From: an uncultured Acidobacteriota bacterium | GTDB taxonomy: Bacteria > Acidobacteriota > Thermoanaerobaculia > Multivoradales > UBA5704 | Length of the DNA: 64,000 nt | Direction: 5' to 3' | NCBI GenBank assembly: GCA_963700145.1 | Contig: OY969474.1 | Location: 4,224,001-4,288,000, forward strand | Shown: positions 29,119 through 39,699 of the stretch, in pieces | How positions within the stretch are numbered: position 1 is the first letter of the stretch | Layout: each line of letters begins with the position of its first letter | The notes under the pieces: generated by a model | The model's database searches: none | Seen by the model: the letters and a program-made list of their open reading frames with translations, nothing else | What the model was told of the DNA's origin: nothing | Made by a program: the position numbers and the translations under genes

Positions 29119-30318
29119 ATGGCGGGCGAGCTGCTCGTCCGGGTCAAGCCCGGGCGCGACAAGGCGCTGCGGCAGGGGCACCCCTGGCTCTTCTCGGGCG
29201 CGATCGCTGGCGTCGAGGGGGACGAGAACGCGCCGCTGGCGCGGGTGGTGGACGCCGCCGGCCGGCCGCTCGGCACCGGCTTCTGGAGCCCGCGCTCGCA
29301 GATCCGGGTGCGCCTGCTGGCCGCCCCCGGCGAGACGGTGGACCGCCACCTCTTCGCCGCCCGCCTGGCCGAGGCGCTGGCGCTGCGCCAGGCGGTGCTG
29401 CCGCCCGACACCACCGGCTGGCGCGTCCTCAACGCCGAAGGGGACGGCGTCCCCGGCTGGACGGTGGACCGCTTCGGCGACACCCTGGTCTCCCAGATCA
29501 CGGTCGCCGGCCTGGAGGCGCTGCGCGACGAGGCCTACGCCGCCCTCGCCGCGGCGTTCCCCGGCGCCAACGTCCTCCAGTCCAACGCCGCGCCCGCCCG
29601 CCGCGGCGAGGGGCTGCCGGCCGAGGACGCGGTCGTCGCCGGCGACCCGCCGGCGGACGCCCTGTTCACCGAGTCCGGCCTCACATTCACCGCCGACCTC
29701 GCGGCCGGGCAGAAGACCGGCTTCTACTGCGACCAGCGCGACAACCGCCGCCTCGCCGAGCGGCTGGCCGGCGGCCGCGGCGTCCTCGACCTCTTCGCCC
29801 ACAGCGGCGCCTTCGGCCTCTACGCCCTGCGCGGCGGTGCCGAGCGGGTGGTGCACGTCGAGTCCTCGACCAAGCTCATCGAGCGCGGCCGCCGGCACTA
29901 CGCGCTCAACGGCCTGGAGACGGCGGAGGCCGAGGGCCGCGTCGAGTGGGTGCGCGCCAACGTCTTCGAGGAGCTGCGGCGGCGGAGCGACCGCTTCGGC
30001 ATGGTCGTCTGCGACCCGCCGCCGCTGGTGCGCCGGCGCGCCGACTTGGCCGCCGGCGCCCGCGCTTACAAGGACTTGAACCGTCTGGCGCTTGGGCTCC
30101 TGGCGCCCGGCGGCCTGCTCATGACCTTCACGTGCAGCGGCGCGGTGGACGCCAAGCTCTTCCGCCAGATCCTCTTCGCCGCCGCCGTCGAGGCCCGCGT
30201 CCGCCTCGCCCTGCTCGCCCCGCTCGCCGCCGCCCCCGATCATCCGGTGGCGGTCACCCACCCGGAAGGCGAGTACCTGCACGGCTGGCTGGCGATGGCG
30301 CGCGGGTCGATGGTATAG
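29119..30318 (+). CDS. rlmI: Class I SAM-dependent rRNA methyltransferase, RlmI-like
   Basis: GHPWLFSG PUA domain, NAEGDGVPG, GQKTGFYCDQRDNR, VLDLFAHSGAF, DPP. Confidence 0.85.
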   Translation: MAGELLVRVKPGRDKALRQGHPWLFSGAIAGVEGDENAPLARVVDAAGRPLGTGFWSPRSQIRVRLLAAPGETVDRHLFAARLAEALALRQAVLPPDTTGWRVLNAEGDGVPGWTVDRFGDTLVSQITVAGLEALRDEAYAALAAAFPGANVLQSNAAPARRGEGLPAEDAVVAGDPPADALFTESGLTFTADLAAGQKTGFYCDQRDNRRLAERLAGGRGVLDLFAHSGAFGLYALRGGAERVVHVESSTKLIERGRRHYALNGLETAEAEGRVEWVRANVFEELRRRSDRFGMVVCDPPPLVRRRADLAAGARAYKDLNRLALGLLAPGGLLMTFTCSGAVDAKLFRQILFAAAVEARVRLALLAPLAAAPDHPVAVTHPEGEYLHGWLAMARGSMV

Positions 30319-30361
30319 GGCAAGCTTCAGCGTACGATTGGCCGAGTAGGAGGTGCACGCC

Positions 30362-30730
30362 ATGCACGGAGCTCGGATCGGTTGTGCGGCTTTCCTGTTG
30401 GCGGTGTTGGCGGGGTGCGCCAGCGGTGGCGCTGGAGTCGATCCCGCGTCGGTGCGCGTCGTCGAGGGCTACGACCAGGAGGCGGGGCTGGAGCACTCCT
30501 TCGCGCTGCCGACGAAGATGGACGGCTGCGAGTACCTCGGCCGCGTCCGGACGCAGACTGCGTCCGTTGCGGGAAGCGAGGCGGCGCAGGTCCTCCTCGA
30601 GAAGCTCAAGATCAACGCTGCGCGCAAGGGTGCCGATACGGTGGTCGTCCTGCCGGCCGGGCATGCCTACACCGCGGCCTCCGGGACCTCGATGCAAGGC
30701 AGCGCCTTCCGCTGCGGCAGCCCTCCGTAG
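30362..30730 (+). CDS. Hypothetical lipoprotein
   Basis: AGGAGG RBS; lipobox LAGC. Confidence 0.7.
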   Translation: MHGARIGCAAFLLAVLAGCASGGAGVDPASVRVVEGYDQEAGLEHSFALPTKMDGCEYLGRVRTQTASVAGSEAAQVLLEKLKINAARKGADTVVVLPAGHAYTAASGTSMQGSAFRCGSPP

Positions 30731-30780
30731 TAATCCGCGGCCCGGCTCCAGACGCGGGAATGGGGGCACGGCGGATCGCG

Positions 30781-30809
30781 TTGACACCCGGGCGCCCCTT
30801 TGCTACCCT
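30781..30809 (+). promoter_or_regulatory. Sigma70-type promoter for the tRNA-Val pair
   Basis: TTGACA, 17 bp, TACCCT, with TG of an extended -10. Confidence 0.7.
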
Positions 30810-30849
30810 CCCTCTTTCCCTGGCGGCGAAGGTGCCGTGGGCAGGACAA

Positions 30850-30926
30850 AGGCCCGTAGCTCAGTTGGTTAGAGCGCTACGTTGACATCGTAGAGGTCAG
30901 CGGTTCAAGTCCGCTCGGGCCTACCA
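30850..30926 (+). tRNA. tRNA-Val(GAC)
   Basis: AGGCCCG/CGGGCCT acceptor stem, CTACG-TTGACAT-CGTAG anticodon arm, GGTTCAAGTCC, encoded CCA. Confidence 0.97.
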
Positions 30927-30980
30927 TTTCGAGATCCAGAACGCGGCGATTCGAGGTCCACAACGCACTTCCGCATGTAC

Positions 30981-31057
30981 AGGCGCTTAGCTCAGCTGGT
31001 TAGAGCGCTACCTTCACACGGTAGAGGTCAGCGGTTCGAGTCCGCTAGCGCCTACCA
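30981..31057 (+). tRNA. tRNA-Val(CAC)
   Basis: AGGCGCT/AGCGCCT acceptor stem, CTACC-TTCACAC-GGTAG anticodon arm, GGTTCGAGTCC, CCA. Confidence 0.97.
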
Positions 31058-31134
31058 GACCCACCGCCCGTGAGCCGCGGCGCGGCGGGCCTCCCGCCCG
31101 CATCTCGTTTGCTCCGAACCTTGCTTTTCTCTTG

Positions 31135-33069
31135 ATGGACCCACACGAGGTGATCCACCTCACGCTGCCCGACGGCTCGGAGCGGGCCGTGCGCCGCGGC
31201 GCGACGCCGCTCGAAGTCGCCGCCGGCATCGGCCGCCGCCTCGCCGCCGACGCCGTCGGCGCCGAGCTCGACGGCGAGAAGGTGGACCTGCGCGCGCCGC
31301 TCGACCGCGGCGGCTCCTTCCGCGTCTTCACCGCCAAGAGCCCGGAGGCCGGCGAGTTCATCCGCCACAGCGCCGAGCACGTGCTGGCCGACGCCGTCAA
31401 GCGCCTCTGGCCGGAGACCGAGATCGACGTCGGGCGCAAGGACCACGCCGAGAAGTTCCAGTACGACTTCCGCTTCCCGCGCCCCTTCACGCCCGAGGAC
31501 CTCGAGCGGATCGAGGCGACGATGCGCGAGATCGTCGCCGAGGGGGCGGAGCTCCAGCGCATCGAGGTCTCGCGCGCCGACGCCGAGCGCACCTTCCGCG
31601 AGATGGGCGAGGGCTTGAAGGTCGAGCGCCTGAAGGACATCCCCGACGGCGAGCCGATCACCCTCTACCGCCACGGCGCCTTCACCGACCTCTGCCGCGG
31701 CCCGCATGCGCAGCGGACGTCGCAGATCGGCGCCGTCAAGCTCCTGGAGTCCTCGGCCGTCTACTGGAAGGGCGACGAGGCCAACGAGCGCCTGCAGCGC
31801 ATCTACGGCACCGCCTTCGCGAGCCCGGCCGAGCTCGAGCAGTGGCTCGAGCAGGCCGAGCAGGCGCGGGCGCGCGACCACCGGCGCCTGGGCCCCGAGC
31901 TCGACCTCTTCAGCTTCCACCCGGCGGCGCCGGCGAGCCCGTTCTTCCACCCCAAGGGGACGATCGTCTACAACGCCCTGGTGGGGCTGATCCGCGAGCT
32001 GCAGACGAAGAGCGGCTTCGCCGAGGTGGTGACGCCGCAGATCCTCGACGTCGACCTCTGGCACACCTCGGGCCACTGGGACCACTACCGCGACGCGATG
32101 TTCTTCTCGACCGTCGACGAGCGCGAGTTCGCGGTCAAGCCGATGAACTGCCCGGGCCACTGCCTGGTCTACAAGACGGCGCTGCGCTCCTACCGCGACC
32201 TGCCGATCCGCTACGCCGACTTCGGCCGGCTCCACCGCTACGAGAAGAGCGGCGTCACCTCGGGCCTGACGCGGGTGCGCTCGTTCGCCCAGGACGACTC
32301 GCACAGCTTCGTCCTGCCCGAGCAGATCGCCGGCGAGGTGCAGCTGCTCATCCGCATGATCTTGGAGCTCTACGCGCTCTTCGCCTTCGACGACGTGCGC
32401 ATCGAGCTCTCGACCCGCCCCGAGCAGCGGCTCGGCGACGACGCCACCTGGGACCGCGCCGAGCAGGCGCTGGCCGACGCGCTCGAAGCCTCCGGCATGG
32501 CCTACGAGGTAAACCACGGCGAGGGCAACTTCTACGGCCCGAAGATCGACTTCCACGTCCGCGACGTCCTCGGCCGCTCCTGGCAGCTCGGCACGGTGCA
32601 GCTCGACTACCAGATGCCGGAGCGCTTCGGCCTCGCCTACGTCGGGCCCGACGGCGCCGAGCACCGGCCGGTGATGATCCACAGCGCCAAGTACGGCTCG
32701 ATCGAGCGCTTCCTGGGGATCCTCATCGAGCACACCGGCGGCGCCTTCCCGCCCTGGCTGGCGCCGGTGCAGGCGGTAGTCATCCCGGTGTCGGAGAAGT
32801 TCGCGGACTACGGCGAGGAGGTGCGGGCGGCGCTCGCCCAGGGCGGCGCCCGCGTCGAGCTCGACGCCGGCAACGAGAAGGTGGGCTACAAGATCCGCCA
32901 GGCGCAGGTGCGCAAGGTGCCGTACATGCTGGTGGTGGGCGGGCGCGAGCAGGAAGGACGGACGGTGGCGGTGCGGCTGCGCTCGGGCGAGGACCTGGGC
33001 GCCATGCCGCTGCCGGACTTCGCGGCGCGGCTCGCCGAGCGCGCCGCGGCCCTCAGCACGGAGCCCTAG
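31135..33069 (+). CDS. thrS: Threonine--tRNA ligase
   Basis: TGS domain, RHSAEH, DLCRGPH, RDHRRLG, KPMNCPGH, FYGPKID, GSIERF. Confidence 0.97.
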   Translation: MDPHEVIHLTLPDGSERAVRRGATPLEVAAGIGRRLAADAVGAELDGEKVDLRAPLDRGGSFRVFTAKSPEAGEFIRHSAEHVLADAVKRLWPETEIDVGRKDHAEKFQYDFRFPRPFTPEDLERIEATMREIVAEGAELQRIEVSRADAERTFREMGEGLKVERLKDIPDGEPITLYRHGAFTDLCRGPHAQRTSQIGAVKLLESSAVYWKGDEANERLQRIYGTAFASPAELEQWLEQAEQARARDHRRLGPELDLFSFHPAAPASPFFHPKGTIVYNALVGLIRELQTKSGFAEVVTPQILDVDLWHTSGHWDHYRDAMFFSTVDEREFAVKPMNCPGHCLVYKTALRSYRDLPIRYADFGRLHRYEKSGVTSGLTRVRSFAQDDSHSFVLPEQIAGEVQLLIRMILELYALFAFDDVRIELSTRPEQRLGDDATWDRAEQALADALEASGMAYEVNHGEGNFYGPKIDFHVRDVLGRSWQLGTVQLDYQMPERFGLAYVGPDGAEHRPVMIHSAKYGSIERFLGILIEHTGGAFPPWLAPVQAVVIPVSEKFADYGEEVRAALAQGGARVELDAGNEKVGYKIRQAQVRKVPYMLVVGGREQEGRTVAVRLRSGEDLGAMPLPDFAARLAERAAALSTEP

Positions 33070-33127
33070 GGGCCCCGTCGCGCCGGGCGCATGCCGCGTC
33101 CGGCGCACTTTTCAAGGAGGTGTGCTG

Positions 33128-33748
33128 ATCATCGACAAAGCGACCAGAGTCAACGACCGCATCCGGGTCAAGGAGGTGCGGTTGATCGAGGCCGACGGCT
33201 CGCAGGCCGGCATCGTGCCGATCGAGGACGCCTTGCGCCGCGCCCAGGAGCAGGTGCTCGACCTGGTGGAGGTGGCGCCGGCCGCCAAGCCGCCGGTCTG
33301 CCGCATCATGGACTTCGGCAAGTTCCTCTACCAACAGAAGAAGAAGGCCCACGACTCGCGCAAGAAGCAGAAGACGATCCAGGTCAAGGAGGTCAAGTTC
33401 CGGCCCAACATCGACGATCACGACTACGGCTTCAAGCTCAAGAACGTGATCCGCTTCCTCGGGGACGGCGACAAGGTCAAGGCGACCGTCCAGTTCCGGG
33501 GGCGCGAAATGGCGCGGACCGACCTCGGCCACAAGCTGCTGGCGCGGGTGGCGCAGGACGTCGGCGAGCGGGGAGTGGTAGAATCCAGTCCCGAGATGGC
33601 CGGCAACCGGATGCACGTCATCCTGGGGCCGCCCCGGCACGGCATCAAGAAAGCCACCCCCTGTGGGCAAGGAGCGGGCCCATGCCCAAGCAGAAGACCC
33701 ACAAAGGGGCCGCCAAGCGCTTCAAGGTCACGGCGGGCGGGAAGGTGA
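33128..33748 (+). CDS. infC: Translation initiation factor IF-3 (probable ATC start; true stop probably near 33660-33680)
   Basis: [50 protein letters not shown]. Confidence 0.93.
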   Translation: MIDKATRVNDRIRVKEVRLIEADGSQAGIVPIEDALRRAQEQVLDLVEVAPAAKPPVCRIMDFGKFLYQQKKKAHDSRKKQKTIQVKEVKFRPNIDDHDYGFKLKNVIRFLGDGDKVKATVQFRGREMARTDLGHKLLARVAQDVGERGVVESSPEMAGNRMHVILGPPRHGIKKATPCGQGAGPCPSRRPTKGPPSASRSRRAGR

Positions 33749-33876
33749 TGCGGCATCACGCGTTGCACGGTCACTTCCTGACCAAGAAGACCACGAAGCG
33801 GAAGCGGAACCTGCGCAAGGCGACGACCGTGTCGGACGCCTTCGCCTCGACGATCAAGGAGATGCTGCACTCGTAG
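33682..33876 (+). CDS. rpmI: 50S ribosomal protein L35
   Basis: [21 protein letters not shown]; AAGGAG RBS. Confidence 0.96.
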   Translation: MPKQKTHKGAAKRFKVTAGGKVMRHHALHGHFLTKKTTKRKRNLRKATTVSDAFASTIKEMLHS

Positions 33877-33982
33877 CGGCATCCCACCACCAACCGGGCC
33901 GCCGCTGGGACGAACCTGTCCACCGGGGCCGAGCGCGCCGCCCGCAAGGGCAGCGCCCAACCAACGAACGAGGTTCGCCGAC

Positions 33983-34373
33983 ATGCGTGTCAAGCGCGGC
34001 AACGTCCGCAAAGAACGCCGCAAGAAGATCCTCAAGGCCGCCAAGGGCTATTGGGGCACCAAGTCCAAGGCCCACCGCATGGCCAAGCAGGCGGTGGACA
34101 AGGCCCTCGGCTACGCCTACCGCGACCGGCGGCAGAAGAAGCGCCAGCTCCGCAGCCTGTGGATCGTGCGCATCAACGCCGCCGCCCGCCTCCACGGGCT
34201 CTCCTACAGCCGGCTGATGGCCGGGCTCAAGGCCGCCGGCAACGAGCTGGACCGCAAGGTCCTCGCCGACATCGCGGTGCGCGACCCGCAGGCCTTCGGC
34301 TTGATCGCCGAGGCCGCCAAGCAGGCGCTGCCGGCGGCGCAGCCCGACCGAGCCCCGCCCCGCGGAGGCCTGA
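33983..34373 (+). CDS. rplT: 50S ribosomal protein L20 (stop out of frame; end approximate)
   Basis: [44 protein letters not shown]. Confidence 0.95.
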
Positions 34374-34374
34374 G

Positions 34375-35421
34375 TTGGCGGTCGAGCCGCGCGCCAGCGC
34401 GGCCGACCTCGCCGAGCTCTCCGCCCGGTTCGAGCGCGAGGCCGACGCGGTCGCCGAGCGCGCCGCCTGGGAGGAGCTGCGCCTGCGCTGGGCGGGGCGC
34501 AAGCAGGGGCTCGTGCGCTCGCTCCTCGCCCGGTTGGGCGAGGTGCCGGCCGACGAGCGCCGCGACTTCGGCCAGGCGGTCAACACGCTCAAGGAGCGGG
34601 TCGAGGAGCGCCTCGCCGAGCTCGACGAGCGCCTGACCGCCGGCGAGCGCGAGGCGGCGCGCCGGGCGGCGGCGATCGACTTGACCCTGCCGGGCCGCCG
34701 GCCGGCCCTCGGCAGCCTCCACCCGGTGACCCGCGTGCAGCGCGAGATCGAGGCGATCTTCGCCGAGCTCGGCTACAGCGTCGCCGAAGGGCCGGAGGTC
34801 GAGGACGACTTCCACAACTTCGAGGCCCTCAACTTCCCGCCCGACCACCCGGCGCGCGACACGCAGGACACGTTCTTCCTGAAGAGCGGCCTGCTCCTGC
34901 GCACCCACACCTCGCCGGTGCAGATCCGCACCATGCTCTCGCGCAAGCCGCCGATCCGCGTCATCTGCCCGGGCCGCGTCTACCGCGCCGACAACGACCT
35001 CCGCCACTCGCCGATGTTCCACCAGGTCGAGGGGCTGGCGGTGGGGGAGGGGATCACCTTCGGGCACCTGAAGGGCACGCTCGAGGCGTTCGTGAAGCGC
35101 CTCTTCACGGCCGACACCGGCGTCCGCCTGCGCCCCAGCTTCTTCCCCTTCACCGAGCCGTCGGCGGAGGTGGACATCACCTGCCCCTTCTGCCGCGGCG
35201 GCGGCTGCGACACCTGCTCGCGGACCGGCTGGATGGAGATCCTGGGCTCCGGCATGGTGGACCCGCGCGTCCTCGCCAACTGCGACATCGACCCCGAGGT
35301 CTACACCGGCTTCGCCTTCGGCCTGGGTCTCGACCGCGTGGCGATGATCCGCTACGGCATCCCCAACATCCGGGTGCTGTTCGAGAACGACGAGCGCCTC
35401 CTGAGACAGGTCCGCGCCTGA
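34375..35421 (+). CDS. pheS: Phenylalanine--tRNA ligase alpha subunit
   Basis: GGAGG then TTG 34375; [44 protein letters not shown]. Confidence 0.96.
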   Translation: MAVEPRASAADLAELSARFEREADAVAERAAWEELRLRWAGRKQGLVRSLLARLGEVPADERRDFGQAVNTLKERVEERLAELDERLTAGEREAARRAAAIDLTLPGRRPALGSLHPVTRVQREIEAIFAELGYSVAEGPEVEDDFHNFEALNFPPDHPARDTQDTFFLKSGLLLRTHTSPVQIRTMLSRKPPIRVICPGRVYRADNDLRHSPMFHQVEGLAVGEGITFGHLKGTLEAFVKRLFTADTGVRLRPSFFPFTEPSAEVDITCPFCRGGGCDTCSRTGWMEILGSGMVDPRVLANCDIDPEVYTGFAFGLGLDRVAMIRYGIPNIRVLFENDERLLRQVRA

Positions 35422-37510
35422 TGCTCTTCTCGCGCGAGTGGCTCTCGGAGTACGTCGAGATCCCCGCCGGCGAGGAGGGGGCGCGCGAGCTGGCGCGGCG
35501 GCTGACCGGCGCGGGACTGGCCGTCGAACAGCTCGCGGCCCGCGACGGCGACCTCCTCTTCGACGTCGACGTCACCACCAACCGGGTGGACTGCATGTGC
35601 CACTTCGGCTTGGCGCGCGAGGTGGCGGTGGCGCTCGACGAGCCGCTGCGGCGGCCACCGGCGGCGCCCGAGGAGTCGCCGGAGCCGGTCGCGGAGCTGG
35701 CGGCGCTCGAGCTCGAAGACCCCGAGGGGTGCCCGCGCTACGCCGCGCGCGTCGTGCGCGGCGTCGCCGTCGGGCCGAGCCCGGCGTGGCTGCGCCGGCG
35801 GCTCGAGGCGATCGGCCAGCGCTCGATCAACAACGTCGTGGACGTCACCAACTACGTCCTCTGGGAGCTGGGCCAGCCGCTCCACGCCTTCGACCTCGCC
35901 CGCCTCGCCGGCCGCCGCATCGTCGTCCGCCGCGCCCGCCGCGGCGAGCGGCTGACGACCCTCGACGGCGTCGCGCGCGCCCTCGACCCCGAGGTGCTGG
36001 TCATCGCCGACGCCGAGCGGCCGGTGGCGCTGGCCGGCGTCATGGGCGGCGCCGACAGCGAGGTCACCGACGCGACCGCCGACCTGCTCATCGAGAGCGC
36101 CCACTTCGACCGCCGGCGGGTGCGCGCCGCGAGCCGCCGCTTCGGCCTCCACACCGACGCCAGCCACCGCTTCGAGCGCGGCAGCGACCCCGAGGGGTGC
36201 CTGGACGCCGCCACCCGCGCCGCGGCGCTGATCGCCGAGGTCGCCGGCGGCGTCGTCGCCCACGGCGCCCTCGACGTGCGCTGGGCCGAGGCGCCGAGCT
36301 GGACGCCGCGAGGCTTCCTCGATCTCGCCCGCCTCCACGCCTTCGCCGGCGCCCAGGTGCCGCGCTCCGACGTCAAGCGCTGGCTCAGCGGCCTGGGCTT
36401 CCGCCTGCGCGCCCTCGACGACACGGTCTGGGAGGTCACCATCCCCTCCTGGCGCTACTTCGACATGGAACCGCACAAGGCCGAGGAGGGGAAGGAGCGA
36501 AGGTCTTCCCCGCCGACCTCTACGAAGAGGTCCTCCGCCACTACGGCTACGACCGCATCCCCTCGGACCTGCCGGCCGTCGGCGGACCGGACGCGCCGGC
36601 CCCGCCGGAGGCGGCGCGCCGCCGGCGCCTGCGCGACCACTTGGCCGCCTGCGGCTTCGCCGAGGCGATCAACCTCGCCTTCATCGACCCGCGCGAGGAC
36701 GCGGCCTTCCCCAGCCTGCGCCCCGCCGCGCCGGCGCTGGAGCTGGCGAACCCGCTCTCGGAGCGCCTGGCGCTGCTCCGACGGTCGCTGCTGCCGGGGC
36801 TCGTCGAGAGCGCCCGCTTCAACCAGCGGCGCGGGGCGCCGTCGGTCCAGCTCTTCGAGGTCGGCCGGGTCTTCTTCCCGCCCTCGGGCAACCGCGTCGA
36901 GCCGGCGCTGCCCGACGAGCCGGAGATGGTGGCCCTGGTCTGCGGCGGCCGCCGCGGCACCGCCTGGGACCGCGCCCGCGACCTCGACCTCTTCGACCTC
37001 AAGGGCGCGGTCGAGGGGCTGGCGGACCTCGCCGGCGGGCGCCTGGAGGCGCGGCCGGCCGACCTGCCGGGCTTGGCGCGCGGCGTCGCGGCCGAGCTCG
37101 TGCTGCGCGGCGAGGTCGTCGGCTTCCTGGGGCAGGTGGCGGCGGAGGAGGCGTATCCCCTCTACGTCGCCGAGCTGGCCGTCGAGCCGCTGGTGGCCGG
37201 CGAGGCGCCGCTCGCGGTCGCCCCCCCCTCGCGCTTCCCCGGCATCGCCGCCGACTTCACCCTCACCCACCCGCTCACCGTCACCTGGGCCGAGCTGGAG
37301 CGGGCGATCGGCCGCGCCGCGCCGCCCGATCTCGCCGCCTTCCAGCTCAAGGACCGCTACCGCGGCCCCGGCGTCCCGGAAGGCGCCGTCAACACGACGA
37401 TCACCTTCCTCTACAACGCCCGCGACCGGTCCCTCACCCAGGACGAAGTCAACGAGCGCCAGGCGGCCCTGACCGCCGAGCTGGAGCGGCGCTTCGGCTG
37501 GCGGGGGTAG
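35421..37510 (+). CDS. pheT: Phenylalanine--tRNA ligase beta subunit (one frameshift near 36480-36500)
   Basis: VTTNRVDC, INNVVDVTNYV, GQPLHAFD, RFERG; then DLYEEVLRHYGYD, NPLS, FEVGRVF, RSLTQDEV in the next frame. Confidence 0.94.
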
Positions 37511-37569
37511 GCCCGGCGCTTGCAGACAGGGGCTTCGCCCAAGTAAACCGGCGTTTGACTGGAGACTCC

Positions 37570-38139
37570 ATGGAAGACCTCAAGCCGAGATCGGGACACT
37601 TTCACGCTGTCCGCTTCTACGAGAACGAGGACGAGCTCTGCCGCATCGTCGCCGACTTCCTGAGCGGCGGGCTGGCGGCCGGCCAGCCGGCCATCGTCGT
37701 CGCCACCCCCAAGCACCGGGACGGGATCGCGAAGCGCTTCGACGAGATCGGCCTCGACATCGCCGAGCTGCAGCGCAGCGGCGACCTCGTGCTGCGCGAC
37801 GCGCGCGAGATGCTGGCCTTCTTCATGGTCGCCGGCGTGCCCGACTCCGCGCGCTTCAACACCGCGATGTCGCGCCTCATCCAGCAGGCCTGCCGCGGCC
37901 GGGCCGCCTCCCCGGTCAACGTCTACGGCGAGATGGTGGACGTCCTGTGGAAGGACGGCAACCAGGAGGGCGCCATGCGCCTCGAGCTGCTCTGGAACCA
38001 GCTCGCCGGCACCCACGACTTCTCCCTCCTCTGCGGCTACGCCCTAGGAAGCTTCTACAAAGGCGCCAGCCGCGACGAGATCTGCAGCCAGCACAGCCAC
38101 GTGCTGTCGGATGCCGGCGTTGCCGCGGCCGTGAACTGA
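37570..38139 (+). CDS. MEDS sensory domain protein
   Basis: HAVRFYENEDEL, VATPKH, YGEMVDVLW, LELLWNQL, LLCGY, HSHV. Confidence 0.85.
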   Translation: MEDLKPRSGHFHAVRFYENEDELCRIVADFLSGGLAAGQPAIVVATPKHRDGIAKRFDEIGLDIAELQRSGDLVLRDAREMLAFFMVAGVPDSARFNTAMSRLIQQACRGRAASPVNVYGEMVDVLWKDGNQEGAMRLELLWNQLAGTHDFSLLCGYALGSFYKGASRDEICSQHSHVLSDAGVAAAVN

Positions 38140-38239
38140 CGCCTAGGCCGCCGGCGACGGTACCCCCTGACCCGCATCTAAGACGGCGGAAGCGATCCGC
38201 TCACGCCTGGCTAGGCTCGCCTCAGGCGAGCGGCTCTCG

Positions 38240-38400
38240 CGCTGGTTGATCGCCCTCGTCCGCGACCTCTACGTGGCGCTCGGCTGCAGCGCGCGGATGG
38301 GGCTCGCCGTCGGCACCGGCGTGCGGCTCGTCTTCGTGGTCCTGGGCATCCCCACCGTCCTGATGGGCGGGACTGCTGCGCCGCCGCCACCTCTCTTCGG
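38240..38400 (+). pseudogene. Internal fragment resembling the membrane region of fused MFS/spermidine synthase proteins
   Basis: LVRDLYVALG...VRLVFVVLGIPTVLMGGT; no start or end; adjoins the IS1595 end. Confidence 0.35.
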
Positions 38401-38450
38401 CCCAGTCAGCCCAAACCGGACGCAGCCAACCGAGCAAACCAAGCAAAAAA

Positions 38451-38493
38451 GGGTAACAATATACTTGACTCAGGAGCCGGAAGGGGGTAGAGT
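38451..38493 (+). promoter_or_regulatory. Putative IS1595 left end containing the transposase promoter
   Basis: GGGTAACAATATACTTGACT resembles IS1595 ends; TTGACT, 17 bp, TAGAGT, then ATG after 6 nt. Confidence 0.55.
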
Positions 38494-38499
38494 CCCTTC

Positions 38500-39447
38500 A
38501 TGGACGCCCCGCTCCCCCTCCCCCGGACCCTCCTAGAAGCCATCCGCTTCTACGCCGACCCCGACGTGGCGCTCGCCACGATGGTACGCCAGCGCTGGCC
38601 GAATGGCGTCACCTGCCCGACGTGCGGCAGCCCGGAGGTTCGTTTCCTGGCAACGCGCCGGCTGTGGGAGTGCAAGTTCAAGCACCCCCGCAAGCAATTC
38701 TCGGTCAAGGTTGGAACGATTTTCGAGGACTCCCCGCTCGGGCTGGACAAATGGCTGCCGGCGGTTTGGCTGATCGCCAACGCGAAAAACGGGATTAGCT
38801 CGCATGAGCTAGGCCGCGCGCTCGGCGTCACTCAGAAATCGGCGTGGTTTATGTTGCACAGAATCCGCACGGCAATGCAGGCCGGCAGCTTCGCCAAGCT
38901 CTCGGGCGAGGTTGAAGTGGACGAAACCTTTATCGGCGGTCGCGCTCGTTTCATGCACAAGAAGGAGCGCGCTCGGAAGATCAAGGGTCGCGGGCCGATG
39001 GGAAAGACGGCGGTAATGGGGCTCCTAGAGCGCCACGGCGAGGACGGCCATAGCCGCGTCCGTACCCGCGTCGTCCCCAACGTCAAGCGCAAGACCCTCG
39101 CCCCCGAAGTGCGGCAGCACGTCGAGCCGGGATCGGAAGTCTTTACGGATGCTCTGCGCTCCTACGGCGAGCTGGCGAATGACTACTGCCACCAGGTCAT
39201 TGACCACGCCGAATGCTACGCGAAGGGGCGGATTCATACCAACGGCCTAGAGAATTTCTGGAGCCTGCTCAAGCGGTCTATCAAGGGGACTTACGTGAGC
39301 GTCGAGCCGTTCCACCTGTTTCGTTACTTGGATGAGCAGACTTTCCGCTACAACCGGCGGAAGGTGGAAGACGTGGACCGCTTCCGCGACGTGCTTGCTA
39401 CCGTCGTCGGGCGGCGGTTGACCTATGCGGAGTTGACCTCAGCATAA
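38500..39447 (+). mobile_element. IS1595-family (ISXO2-like) transposase
   Basis: RWPNGVTCPTCG zinc ribbon, FSVKVGTIFEDS, VEVDETFIGG, VFTD, HTNGLENFWSLLKR, YLDEQTFRYN. Confidence 0.95.
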
Positions 39448-39466
39448 AGGAAAGAGGGGGAGCCGC

Positions 39467-39680
39467 ATGAAGGCGAAAAAGGTAGAGCCGCCAGCGGACG
39501 ATCCGAGGAATCCGCGTCAGTCGGCGAGTGCTCTGGCGAAGTTCCGCCAGAGCATGCGCGCTTTCGAGTCCCTGACGCGGCGCCTGCTCGCCGTACCGAA
39601 GACGGAGGTTGTGGCGCTCTTGCAGAAACAGCGGAGCAAACTGCGCACACGATCCAAAGTGGGCGCGAGTGTCTCGGTAG
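39467..39680 (+). CDS. Small basic protein downstream of the IS1595 transposase (end uncertain)
   Basis: GAGGGGAG RBS; FESLTRRLLAVPKTEV; the ORF extension to 39991 looks like read-through. Confidence 0.45.
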
Positions 39681-39699
39681 TCTGGTTAGAGAATACGGG

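Noticed and set aside
30850-31057. tRNA-Val genes as island integration site
   Set aside because: They are flanked by core genes; no duplicated tRNA 3' end or integrase was seen.
33877-33982. L20 leader or other ncRNA between rpmI and rplT
   Set aside because: A GCAA-loop hairpin is present, but I could not match it to a known family.
36470-36510. Programmed frameshift in pheT
   Set aside because: No precedent known to me, and indels are widespread in this window.
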